A stretch of 64,000 nt of DNA from Sumerlaeia bacterium (GCA_040219255.1 JAVJSW010000077.1:64001-128000), one strand, 5' to 3'; counted from the stretch's first letter, positions 1 to 9,365 are shown. Program-made: numbers and translations. The notes: a model not told the origin generated them from the sequence alone.

Positions 1-975
1 TTCCACCTGGCGGAGGGCGAACTCTTTTCCGGCAATTTCGAGGCCGTTCTCGGCGCCCAGGTGGCGCGCGAGACGGGCCTCGGCATCGGCGATCAGTTCG
101 CCGGCACACATGGTCTGATCTCCATCGCCGGCAGCGAAACGCACGACGATTTCCCCTATACCGTCACCGGCATCCTCGAACCCAGCGGCACCTCTCACGA
201 CCGGGCCATCTTCACCACCATCGAAAGCGTCTGGGGCGTGCACGATGCGGAAGCGGCGATCCATGCCGCCATGTTCGGCGGTTCGACGCGAAAGCCCGCA
301 CCCGAACCGGAACCGGAGGCCGAAGCCGGCGACGACGAGGACGTCGAAGTCCCCAGCTTCCTCATGAACATCTACGCCAATTCCGGCGACGACGAGGACG
401 AACCGGAAAGCGATTCGCCCTACGCCGACCGCGAAGTGACGGCGGTGCTGGTGCAGCTCAAGACCCCCGGCCTGCGCCTTTTCATGTCCAGTGAAATCAA
501 CACGAAGACCGACGCCATGGCGGCGGTGCCGATCATGGAAATGCAGCGCCTGTACCTGCGCGTCCTCGGCCCCATGCAGACGACGCTCCTCGCCGTGGCC
601 TATGTGGTGGTCGTGGTGGCGGCGCTGACGATCTTGACAACGCTGTATCAGGCCGCGGAGCGCCGCCGCCGCGACATCGCCGTGATGCGGGCGCTGGGCG
701 CGCGGCGCTGGGAGATTTTCGTCCTGGTGCTTCTGGAAGCCGCCATCGTCACGCTCTTCGGCATCGGCATCGGCTGGCTGCTCGGGCACGGAGGCGTCGC
801 CATCGCGGCGGATGCTTTCCAGGGCAGCACCGGCCTTGCCATCTCGGCCTGGAGTGTGGACGCTGTGGAATTGCGGGCGCTCGGGGTGGTGGCTCTTTGC
901 GGCGTCATCGCGGGATTGGTCCCCGCTTTGCTCACTTATAGAAGGTCACCGGTGCGGGACTTGGCCGCCGTCTAG
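1..975 (+). CDS. ABC transporter permease, MacB/FtsX family (5'-truncated at window edge)
   Basis: Frame is open from base 1 (FHLAEGELFSGNFEAVLG...). C-terminal FtsX signature ERRRDIAVMRALGA with hydrophobic helices; followed by a DUF3299-like gene. Confidence 0.85.
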   Translation, partial: FHLAEGELFSGNFEAVLGAQVARETGLGIGDQFAGTHGLISIAGSETHDDFPYTVTGILEPSGTSHDRAIFTTIESVWGVHDAEAAIHAAMFGGSTRKPAPEPEPEAEAGDDEDVEVPSFLMNIYANSGDDEDEPESDSPYADREVTAVLVQLKTPGLRLFMSSEINTKTDAMAAVPIMEMQRLYLRVLGPMQTTLLAVAYVVVVVAALTILTTLYQAAERRRRDIAVMRALGARRWEIFVLVLLEAAIVTLFGIGIGWLLGHGGVAIAADAFQGSTGLAISAWSVDAVELRALGVVALCGVIAGLVPALLTYRRSPVRDLAAV

Positions 976-997
976 GCCGCCCCCGCCGAGAGGAGTT

Positions 998-1642
998 ATG
1001 GTGAAAGAATTCAAGACAAACACGCGCGGTCACTGGATGGCGCTGCGTTGGATCGCCCTGGCGGCGATGTGTGTCGTGGTGGCGCAGGTCATCCTCGCCC
1101 CGCGCGCCCAAGCTCAAGACCCAGCCCACGGCGAAGAGCTGCGCCAGCAGTTGTCGCTCGACGAAGTGACCAGCGCCACGCTGGCGCTGAAGGCTCTCGA
1201 GAAAGAGCGCGAAGCGGCCGGCGCGGCGGAAAAAGGCATTTTGACCTTCAACCTCTTGCGCGGTACGAAGCTCAACCGCAAACCGCCGCCGATCTATCCC
1301 GAGCCGCTCGCCAACCTCGATGGCAAGAAGGCTAAGATCACGGGCTTTATGTCGCCCTACGACAGCCTTAAGGACATGCACCTGTTCATGCTCGTGCCCC
1401 AACCGACGGGCTGTTTCTTCTGCGCCCCGCCCTCGCCCCGTGAGGTCGTCTTCGTCCGCCAGAAAGACGGCGCCAAAGATCACGAGTTCATGGACGCGCC
1501 CATCGAAGTGGAAGGCACGCTCAAGCTCTGGAAAGAAGACAGCGACGAACAGGGCCACGAAATGTTCCTGTACGTCATCGATCAAGCGGTCGTGCGCGAA
1601 GCGTCGCTGGACATGGCGGGCGCTTCGTCGCGGAAGAACTAG
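998..1642 (+). CDS. DUF3299-like exported protein
   Basis: Signal peptide-like segment, then LDGKKAKITGFMSP...FMLVP...GCFFCAPP...IEVEGTL, typical of DUF3299. Start may be 998 or 1037. Confidence 0.75.
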   Translation: MVKEFKTNTRGHWMALRWIALAAMCVVVAQVILAPRAQAQDPAHGEELRQQLSLDEVTSATLALKALEKEREAAGAAEKGILTFNLLRGTKLNRKPPPIYPEPLANLDGKKAKITGFMSPYDSLKDMHLFMLVPQPTGCFFCAPPSPREVVFVRQKDGAKDHEFMDAPIEVEGTLKLWKEDSDEQGHEMFLYVIDQAVVREASLDMAGASSRKN

Positions 1643-1686
1643 AGCATTTCTAGATGCCCTGTAGCCGCCAGACAAAGAAAAGAAAA

Positions 1687-1872
1687 AAATCACCACCGAG
1701 CCACGGAGGGCACCGAAGCTGAAGATTTTGGGTTCCTTATCTCTTGTTTTTCCCCAAACACCTAAGTCGGTCTATCTCGTTGATAATAAAAAATTTAGAC
1801 CAACCATATTTCCCCTATCAAGAGGCTCTGAAGTATAAAAACTCGGTGCCCTCTGTGGCTCTGTGGTGATTT
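1687..1872. repeat. Inverted-repeat (MITE/REP-like) element, copy 1
   Basis: Left arm AAATCACCACCGAGCCACGGAGGGCACCGA (1687-1716) and right arm TCGGTGCCCTCTGTGGCTCTGTGGTGATTT (1843-1872) are 28/30 complementary; AT-rich interior. Confidence 0.85.
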
Positions 1873-1911
1873 CATTCCTCACTTCGCACCCGCAAGTCCT
1901 TCGCATTCGCT

Positions 1912-2697
1912 CTACACCTGCACCAGCGGCAACCGCCCCTCCAGCCGCCCCGTCTCCAGCCGGTCGTCCAGCAATCGCTGATCGCAGACGAAGTCCTCGT
2001 TCGGCTTCACCGTCCAGCGGTTGCCGTGGATTTCATTCAACGCGGAGACGATGTCGTAGAAGGACCATTCGTGGTTTCCGCCGATGTGATACGTTCCCGG
2101 CGCCATCCCGGCGACGGCGATCAGGCTGTCGGCGGTATCCTCAAGGAAGCTGGTGCCGGGCATCCAGCGGGTGCTGGCGTCGATAACGCCGTGCTCCTCG
2201 AACTGCTTTTCCAGGAAATCGATCATGTTGTTCGATCCGCGGACGTGTCCGATCTGCCAGCCCAGCCGTGCGATCCGTGCGACTGGATTGGCGCGGCGGG
2301 CGGTGCGTTCGCCGGTCAGCTTGAAGTACCCATAGCCCTCCGTCTCGTCCGGCTCCACATCGGGCGTCAAGGGACCCGGGTTGTCATTCGTGAAAACCAT
2401 CACGGTGCTGGCGTACACGAAGGGGATCCCCCTCTCCGCCGCCAGGGCTGCCATGTCGGCGGTCCATTTTTCGTTCACCAGGTAGCCTTCATTTTCGACG
2501 CCGGTGGGTTGACTCGGCAGAGCCAGGTGGAAGATGGCGTCCGGCGCGTGGCGCTCGACAAGGGCGCGGGCAGCGGCGGTGTCTCCGGGAGCGGCGATAG
2601 CGCGATCCCAGGCGATGGCGGTGCCGCCGGTTTCTTCGATGCGTTGACAGAGAACGGACCCAACGGTCCCTCGGGCTCCGGTAATCAGGGCTTTCAT
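1912..2697 (-). CDS. RmlD-like NAD(P)-dependent sugar-nucleotide reductase (extended SDR)
   Basis: N-terminal ALITGARGTVG Rossmann motif, YASTVMVF and YGYFK (YxxxK). Confidence 0.75.
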   Translation of the reverse strand: MKALITGARGTVGSVLCQRIEETGGTAIAWDRAIAAPGDTAAARALVERHAPDAIFHLALPSQPTGVENEGYLVNEKWTADMAALAAERGIPFVYASTVMVFTNDNPGPLTPDVEPDETEGYGYFKLTGERTARRANPVARIARLGWQIGHVRGSNNMIDFLEKQFEEHGVIDASTRWMPGTSFLEDTADSLIAVAGMAPGTYHIGGNHEWSFYDIVSALNEIHGNRWTVKPNEDFVCDQRLLDDRLETGRLEGRLPLVQV

Positions 2698-5048
2698 GGG
2701 CGGACCTCCGCGAGTTGGGCTGCACCGCCGTGCGTCAGGCGGACAAAGCGATAGGAGAACGGTTCAAGGCTGGCAAAGGGTTGGTAGGGCTGGATTTGGC
2801 CGTCGGCCGCGACCTCGGGGACGGGAAGCGACTCACCGGTCATGGCGTCTGCGGCGGCCAGGCGCCCCTCCGGCAGTTTCCCGCCGAAGACCGAATAGGT
2901 GTCCTGCGCGGCGTCCGACGGATTGATGAGGCACAGCAGCGTTTCCCCCGGCACCGACCGCAGGAACGCGTAGATCGGTGAACCGCCGGCGGCGGGTTTG
3001 GCATTCAGGGCGCTGGCCGAGGGCTCGGCCCAGGCGTCGCCATTCACCAGCACCCGGAATTCGCGCGCTGGCAAGTCGGCCAGCGAAAGGCTCTCGCTAC
3101 GCAACGTGCCATCGGCGGCGGGGCTCAGGGCGATCGGGCTCGCGTCACCGGCGCCTTCCAGAACCACAACGGCGCTCTCGATGCTCGTGGGCGTTGTGGC
3201 TTCGCCGCTGTCGCGCCGCAGGTGGGTGCGCCCGAGCGCCGGATCGAAGGAGAACGTCACGCGGCCGCCAGCGACTTCGCAGCCCTCGATACTCTGGCCC
3301 GGGGTGCGGCTCAGGACCAGGTTATAGCTCTCGAAGTCCATCCCGGCGTGCTTGCGGTTGGGCTTGTGGGCGGGTGGTTCGAGCCATTGGTCTTCATTGA
3401 GAACGAACTTGAATTCGTGGTTTTCCAGCGAGAACGCCCAGTTCTCCTTCTTCAGGCGATAGGTTCCATCGTCCGCGGCGGTCAGCATCCATGAGCCCGG
3501 CGTCCAGGCGTTGAAATCGCCCGCCACGGAAACGCTCTCGATGGCTTCCGGCGAGAAGGCGCCCTGCTCGTTCGAACCTTCCTTGGTTATGGACTCGTAG
3601 AGTGCAGGGTCGAAGACGAATTCCACGCCATCGTTCAGGACCGAATAGCCGAAGACCGCCGGGTCGTTCTTCTTGGGGATGACATAGTGAGTCAAGGTCG
3701 GGGGGTTGACCTGGAGTGCGGCGTAATCGCCCGCCCGAAGAGGCGGTTCGTCGTTGCGGAAGTGAATCAGCTCGCGGAAACCGGCCAATACAGACTCCCG
3801 GTCGCTTTCCTGCGCCTCGACGCTGAAGCGCTGCCACTCGTCCTCCAGCGGCCGGTAGGGTTCCACCGTGCTGAACCCGGCGTGCTCGCCCGTGGACCAC
3901 TGCATCGGTGATCGCCCCTTGCCGTCGTGGCCGGAAATGCCCACTTCCTCGCCATAGTAAACAAACGGCACACCAGGCGCCGTCAGCAGCATCGCCGCCG
4001 CCGCGCGCATTTTGCCGGGATGGCGGTCGAGTTGCTCCATCACGCGCATCATGTCGTGGTTCGAGAGGAAGGGCGCCACCTGGAGCGGCGCGTGGGCCGC
4101 CACCACGGCAGTTTGCTTCGCCGGCAGATCGCCCCGGTGCCCGCGCCCGGCGGCGCTGATGATCGCGCCCGCCAGCTCGAACTGGAAGCACATGTCGATC
4201 TGATCGGTCTCGTACTTCGCCACCGCTTCGGTGCCCGACCAGACTTCGCCGACAATGTAACAGTCTGGCTTGATGGACTTGCAGTAAGCCTGGAACTCGC
4301 GCAGCCAGGCGTGAGTGGCTTCCGTGTGCTCGTCCACCGGGCCGTCCTCGATCAGGTGCTTGATGGCGTCGAGACGGAAGCCATCGACGTTCATGTCCTC
4401 GAGCCAGAACTTGGCGATCTGGTAGAGCTTTTCCTTCACCACCGGATTCTCCACGTTCAGGTCCGGAATGCCCCGGCCGAACTGCGTGAAGAACCACTTG
4501 CCGTTGTCGTGGCGGTTCCACTGGCGGGCATAGCGATCACCCTGATCCGTCGGCTGGCTGTCGCTCCAGACGTAGAAATCGTGGTAGTGCGAGTTCGGAT
4601 CGCCCGCCGCCAGGAACCACGGGTGCTGGATCGACGAATGGTTCAGCACCAGGTCCACGATGACCCGGATGCCTCGGGCGTGGGCTTCGTCGATGAAGCG
4701 CCGGAAGTCGGCGTTGGTGCCGTAGTCGTGCTCGATCGTTTCGTAATCCACCACCGAATAGCCCGCCGGATGCACCGACTCGGACATCGGAAGCAGCCAC
4801 AGCCCCCGCACGCCCAGGTCATCCGTCGTGTTCGGATCGCCATCGTTCAGGTAATCCAGGCGGTCGATCATGCCCTGGATGTCGCCGATGCCGTCGTTGG
4901 CGAGCGGGCCGGTCTGCGAGTCCTGGAAGGATCGCACGAAAATCTGATAGAACACGGCGTCGTTCCACCAGGGCAGGTCTTCGGCGGGCGCGGCGGTGGC
5001 CAGGCAGGCCGCCGCCAGCGGCGCCAGCAGTTTGGAAGTCCAAGTCAT
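2694..5048 (-). CDS. Secreted GH13 alpha-amylase family protein with inserted CBM48/E-set-like modules
   Basis: Signal peptide; WWNDAVFYQIFVRSF, DLVLNH, DGFRLDAIKH, GEVW, FLSNHD, PGVPFVYYGEE; VAGDFNAW and EFKFVLN motifs in the C-terminal half. Confidence 0.9.
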   Translation of the reverse strand: MTWTSKLLAPLAAACLATAAPAEDLPWWNDAVFYQIFVRSFQDSQTGPLANDGIGDIQGMIDRLDYLNDGDPNTTDDLGVRGLWLLPMSESVHPAGYSVVDYETIEHDYGTNADFRRFIDEAHARGIRVIVDLVLNHSSIQHPWFLAAGDPNSHYHDFYVWSDSQPTDQGDRYARQWNRHDNGKWFFTQFGRGIPDLNVENPVVKEKLYQIAKFWLEDMNVDGFRLDAIKHLIEDGPVDEHTEATHAWLREFQAYCKSIKPDCYIVGEVWSGTEAVAKYETDQIDMCFQFELAGAIISAAGRGHRGDLPAKQTAVVAAHAPLQVAPFLSNHDMMRVMEQLDRHPGKMRAAAAMLLTAPGVPFVYYGEEVGISGHDGKGRSPMQWSTGEHAGFSTVEPYRPLEDEWQRFSVEAQESDRESVLAGFRELIHFRNDEPPLRAGDYAALQVNPPTLTHYVIPKKNDPAVFGYSVLNDGVEFVFDPALYESITKEGSNEQGAFSPEAIESVSVAGDFNAWTPGSWMLTAADDGTYRLKKENWAFSLENHEFKFVLNEDQWLEPPAHKPNRKHAGMDFESYNLVLSRTPGQSIEGCEVAGGRVTFSFDPALGRTHLRRDSGEATTPTSIESAVVVLEGAGDASPIALSPAADGTLRSESLSLADLPAREFRVLVNGDAWAEPSASALNAKPAAGGSPIYAFLRSVPGETLLCLINPSDAAQDTYSVFGGKLPEGRLAAADAMTGESLPVPEVAADGQIQPYQPFASLEPFSYRFVRLTHGGAAQLAEVRP

Positions 5049-5156
5049 GGGGCATCTTCCCTTTCGTGATGATGACGGAGATCGTGGGGCAAACCCGCTC
5101 CAAATTCAATTGCGTGTTTCCGCAAAGGCTTTCATTTTTGCGCAAAGGAGCCGCCC

Positions 5157-6335
5157 ATGCCCCGCCTTCGCCGCATCGCCCTCGATCTGGGTTCCATGCA
5201 CTTTCTCGAAAGCACCCGTGCTAACGCCTATCGCGGCGTGTTGCGCTATGCCCAGACGCGCGGCCGGTGGCAATTGCTGCTGAACGACCACCACTTTTCG
5301 CTGCTGGGTAAGTACCGGGAACTGAGCGATCTGGCCCGCCTCGGCGCGGAGGGAATCATCCTCTCCTACGCCAACGCGGAGAAACTCGCCACCATTCGCC
5401 GCCTCGGGCTGAAGGCCATCACCGTCGCCAGCGACCTGACCGCCGAAGGCATCCCGTCCGTCTTCTCCGACGACGCGCAGGCGGGGCGCCTGGCGGCAGG
5501 GCATTTTCTCGAGCGCGGCTTTCGCTCCTTCGGCTTCATCGGTTCAAAGGAGGTTCCCTGGGACCTGACGCGGTGGCGCGGATTCGCGTCGGCGTTGGAG
5601 GCGCAAGGCCAGGAGCCCGCCCACTTCGAATCGCGCCACTCCGCGGACCCGGCTCTCGGCCGGCGCAAAGCCGCCCGCCTGGCGAAGTGGCTGCGCTCCG
5701 CCGCCAAGCCCTTCGCCGTCTATTGCTCCGACGACACCCACGCGTTCCAGGTCCTGGATTGCGCCCGCCGCGCCGGGCTCGCCGTGCCACAAGAAGTCGC
5801 CATCCTCGGCACCGACAACAACCTGCTCATTTGCGGATCCACCACGCCGACCCTTTCGAGCGTCGAACCGGACGCGGTCCAGGTGGGCTATCGGGCCGCG
5901 CAGTTGCTCGATGAAATCCTCGCCGGCGCCGACCCGCCAGCGGCCCCCATCCTGGTGCCGCCGAGGGGTATCGAAACGCGCCAGTCCACCGACGTGCTGG
6001 CCATCGCCGACCCGGTCGTCAGCCGCGCCCTGCACTTCATCGGCGAGCACCTCGCCGAGGCCCACGGAGCCACGGAAATCGGGTTGGCGCTCGGCGTTTC
6101 GCGCCGCACGGTGGAGTCACGGTTTCGCGAGCACCTGGGCCGGAGCGTCAACGAAACGGTCCGCGCCCGGCGACTCGACCGAGCGCGGGGACTGCTCCTC
6201 GATCCGTTGCTGAGTATCCAAGAAATCGCGGCGCTCTGTGGATTCCAGAGCGCCGCGTATTTCTGTACTTCGTTTCGCCGGGCGACTGGGCTCTCGCCCA
6301 CGGAATGGCGGGCCCGGGAGCGCCCAGGCGATTAG
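5157..6335 (+). CDS. XylR-type transcriptional regulator (periplasmic-binding-fold sensor plus AraC HTH)
   Basis: PQEVAILGTDN, PTLSSV and IETRQSTD; C-terminal AraC SIQEIAALCGFQSAAYFCTSFRRATGLSP. Divergent from the amylase. Confidence 0.9.
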   Translation: MPRLRRIALDLGSMHFLESTRANAYRGVLRYAQTRGRWQLLLNDHHFSLLGKYRELSDLARLGAEGIILSYANAEKLATIRRLGLKAITVASDLTAEGIPSVFSDDAQAGRLAAGHFLERGFRSFGFIGSKEVPWDLTRWRGFASALEAQGQEPAHFESRHSADPALGRRKAARLAKWLRSAAKPFAVYCSDDTHAFQVLDCARRAGLAVPQEVAILGTDNNLLICGSTTPTLSSVEPDAVQVGYRAAQLLDEILAGADPPAAPILVPPRGIETRQSTDVLAIADPVVSRALHFIGEHLAEAHGATEIGLALGVSRRTVESRFREHLGRSVNETVRARRLDRARGLLLDPLLSIQEIAALCGFQSAAYFCTSFRRATGLSPTEWRARERPGD

Positions 6336-8458
6336 TGCTCTTCCGCCGCGTGGTCGATGCGGACTTCCGCGATGACCTTGTCGACGATGTTGCCTGGGAC
6401 CGGCTCATAGTGATCGAAGCGCGATTCGAAAATCGCCCGGCCCTGGGTCATGCTGCGCAGGTCGCGGCTGAAGTGACCCATCTCGGCGGCGGGGACTTCG
6501 GCTTCGACGCGGCATTTGCGGCCCAATTGCTCGCTGCCCAGAATCCGGCCCCGCTTGCCCGACACATAACCCATCACGTCACCGAGATAGGAGGCGGGAA
6601 CTTCGATCGTGATGTGGTCGAAGGGTTCGAGCAGTTGCGGACCGCACTTGGGCGCGATCTCCTTGAAGGCCATGGACCCCGCCACCTGAAAGGCCATGTC
6701 GCTGCTGTCCACCGGATGGAACGACCCGTCGAAGCAGTCGGCCGCCACATCGATCACGGGATAACCCGCCAGGATGCCGCGCTTCATGGATTCGACGACG
6801 CCCTTTTCCACGCTGCTCTTGTAGTTCGTCGGGATGGCGCCGCCGCTGATGGACCAGATGAATTCGAAGCCCTCGCCGCGGGGCTGAGGCGTGAGCCGCA
6901 TTGAGCAGTCGGCGAACATACCGCGGCCGCCGGTCTGCTTCTTGAAGCGTGCCTTGCCCTCGCCCGGTTTGCTGATGGTTTCGCGATACTGCACCCGGGC
7001 GGGCGCCAGATTCACCGCGATCTTCGCCTGCTCCAGCCGATGCTGCACCACCTCCAGATGGGTGTCGCCCATGCCGCTGAGCACCGTCTGACCCAACATC
7101 GAATCGCGCTCCACGTGAAGCGTCGGATCCTGCTCGATCAGCTTGTGAATCGCCATGCCGGCCTTGTCCACTTCGCCGCGATTGACGACTTCCACGGCCA
7201 TACGCACCGCCCTCGGCGGCATATGGGTCGGTTCGTAGATAACTTTGTCCATCTTCGGATCGACGATCGTATCGCCGGTGTGAACGCCTTCGAGTTTGGC
7301 GAAGGCACCGATGTCGCCGGTGGAGAACCCGTCCATCGGGATCTGCTGCTTACCCCGGAAAATGTAGGCGTGACCCGTGCGCACCGTGGCGCCGTCGCTG
7401 CCGTCTTGGCCGTGGATCACGTGTGCCTGCGTGTCGCCGTGGGTTTCGCCAGTGACGACCTTGAAGAAGGACAAGCGCCCCACGAATTCGTCGTTCACGG
7501 TCTTGAAGACAAAAGCGCTGAAGGGGGCGCCGGGATCGAGCTTCTTATACTCGACATCGCTTTGCACCGAGCCGTTCTGGTAACCCAGGAATCCGACGCG
7601 CTCATTGGGCGGTGGGCATTCCTCGATCAGGAAATTGAGGAGGGCCGTCAGGCCGATTTCCTTGGCCGAGGAACCGCAGAGCACCGGGCAGAAACGTCCC
7701 GCCTCCATGTCCTCGCGCAGGCCCAGGATCACTTCCTCGTTCGTCAGGCCGTCGGTTTCCAGGAACTTCTCGGTCAACGCGTCGTCGCCCTCGGCGGCCG
7801 CTTCCACCAGGCGCTTGCGAGCCGCCTTCGCTTCCTCCGCCATGTCGTCGGGAATGGGACCTTCAGTGCGGTTGCCGCCCTCGTCGTAGATGGCCTTCAT
7901 CTCCAGCAGGTCGATGACGCCCTTGAACTCGCCCTCCGCGCCGATGGGCAGCGTGACGGGAATCGTGTGGACGTCGTCGAAGGCTTCCTCGATGCTGGCG
8001 AGCGCTTCCTTGAAATTGGCCCGATCCTTGTCCATTTTGTTGATAAAGAAAGCCTTCGGGATCTTATACTCGTCGGCGAAGGCGTCGGCGAATTCGGTGC
8101 CGACCTCGACACCGGTGCTGGCGTCGACGACGAGGAGCGCCATCTCGGAGACGCGGATGGCGTTCTTGATCTCGCCCACGAAGTCGCGAAAACCGGGGCA
8201 ATCGAACAGGTTGATTTTAATGTCGGAGTTATCCGAGCGCCGCTTGACCTCGAGAGGCAGGAGGGAGGCGTTGATGGAGGTCTGGCGCTTGAGTTCTTCG
8301 GTTTCGTAATCGGAGACGGTATTGCCGGCTTCGACAGTCCCCGGCTTGGGGATGGCGCCGGTCAGGTGGAGCAGGGCTTCCGAAAGGGTCGTCTTGCCCG
8401 CTCCGGAATGCCCAGCGAGGGCGCAGTTTCGGATGTGTGATGTGGGGTAGACTTTCAC
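6332..8458 (-). CDS. fusA: Elongation factor G paralog (EF-G2/FusA2 type)
   Basis: GHSGAGKTT, DCPG, INKMDK, KKQTGGRG and DSSDMAF. Switch I reads RQTSI instead of RGITI and the gene is outside the str operon, which indicates the EF-G II type. Confidence 0.9.
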   Translation of the reverse strand: MKVYPTSHIRNCALAGHSGAGKTTLSEALLHLTGAIPKPGTVEAGNTVSDYETEELKRQTSINASLLPLEVKRRSDNSDIKINLFDCPGFRDFVGEIKNAIRVSEMALLVVDASTGVEVGTEFADAFADEYKIPKAFFINKMDKDRANFKEALASIEEAFDDVHTIPVTLPIGAEGEFKGVIDLLEMKAIYDEGGNRTEGPIPDDMAEEAKAARKRLVEAAAEGDDALTEKFLETDGLTNEEVILGLREDMEAGRFCPVLCGSSAKEIGLTALLNFLIEECPPPNERVGFLGYQNGSVQSDVEYKKLDPGAPFSAFVFKTVNDEFVGRLSFFKVVTGETHGDTQAHVIHGQDGSDGATVRTGHAYIFRGKQQIPMDGFSTGDIGAFAKLEGVHTGDTIVDPKMDKVIYEPTHMPPRAVRMAVEVVNRGEVDKAGMAIHKLIEQDPTLHVERDSMLGQTVLSGMGDTHLEVVQHRLEQAKIAVNLAPARVQYRETISKPGEGKARFKKQTGGRGMFADCSMRLTPQPRGEGFEFIWSISGGAIPTNYKSSVEKGVVESMKRGILAGYPVIDVAADCFDGSFHPVDSSDMAFQVAGSMAFKEIAPKCGPQLLEPFDHITIEVPASYLGDVMGYVSGKRGRILGSEQLGRKCRVEAEVPAAEMGHFSRDLRSMTQGRAIFESRFDHYEPVPGNIVDKVIAEVRIDHAAEEH

Positions 8459-8665
8459 GGTCTAGACCCTCCTTCTTGCACGGCAGCGGGAAAATGGAGC
8501 AGCGAACTGGCAGGCGGGATAAAGCGCTTGCTTCGCAACGTCCTAACCTTCCTCTCACACCCGCCCGGGGCAAGAAGAAACGGGGTCCGTCATAAACCCC
8601 GCTTGCCCTCGGTCCCCACCTCCCTCACGCTCCAACATGGACAAGTAAGCTCCGAGGACTCTCCG

Positions 8666-9154
8666 ATGACCACGCTCACCGTTCGCCGCGCGATCCAAGC
8701 GCCCGCCGCCGTCACCTTCGCGATTTTCAACGACCTGCAAGTCTTCGAGAAACGCAATCCAACGGTCCTCAAAGTCGAAATTCTCTCCGAGGCAACGTCC
8801 GGCGTCGGCAAGCGCTGGCGGGAAACCCGCCTGATGCACGGACGGCAAGCCACCGAAACGATGGAAATCACCGCCTTCGATCCGCCGCGGTCCTACACCG
8901 TGGAAGCGGAAAGCTGCGGGGCCCGCTATGTCACCGTGCTTTCCTTCCGCGAAGACGATGACGGGACGGAGGTGGAATTCCGGATGTCGGCCCAGCCGCT
9001 CACCCTGATGGCGAAAGCGATGAGCGCGATCCTGGCGCCGATCATGACGGAATCCGTCCGGAAAGCTATCGAGGAGGACCTGAGAATCCTGGGCGAAGCC
9101 GCGGAAGAAGCGGCCGCGGGGGGCGGCGAAGAAACGGGGATGGATCGCCCATGA
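8666..9154 (+). CDS. SRPBCC/polyketide cyclase-like family protein
   Basis: TVRRAIQAP...GVGKRWRETR...EITAFDPPRSY pattern; GAGGA RBS before ATG 8666. Confidence 0.8.
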   Translation: MTTLTVRRAIQAPAAVTFAIFNDLQVFEKRNPTVLKVEILSEATSGVGKRWRETRLMHGRQATETMEITAFDPPRSYTVEAESCGARYVTVLSFREDDDGTEVEFRMSAQPLTLMAKAMSAILAPIMTESVRKAIEEDLRILGEAAEEAAAGGGEETGMDRP

Positions 9155-9161
9155 GGCCGGG

Positions 9162-9323
9162 TCAGGAGTGGCGCGGCGCCAGCTTCTTCGAGAGCCAGAG
9201 CTTGAGCCGGCGGCAGCCTTCGATCACCGTGTCGGCCAGCATCAAAATCACATAGGGCAGCAGGAAAAACAGGCCGACGATGACGAGAAATACCAAGAGA
9301 ACTTCGATCGGGGCGGGGTTCAT
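9162..9323 (-). CDS. Small single-pass membrane protein, 53 aa (not in ORF track)
   Basis: MNPAPIEVLLVFLVIVGLFFLLPYVILMLADTVIEGCRRLKLWLSKKLAPRHS; AAAGGA RBS upstream; hydrophobic stretch followed by basic tail. Confidence 0.6.
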   Translation of the reverse strand: MNPAPIEVLLVFLVIVGLFFLLPYVILMLADTVIEGCRRLKLWLSKKLAPRHS

Positions 9324-9365
9324 GAGAAGGTCCTTTCCAGGGGCATAAGGAATTCAGGGGGAGGC

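Noticed and set aside
1814-1835. TATCAAGAG resembling the 5' end of a SAM-I riboswitch
   Set aside because: Downstream SAM-I core motifs are absent and no co-oriented gene follows.
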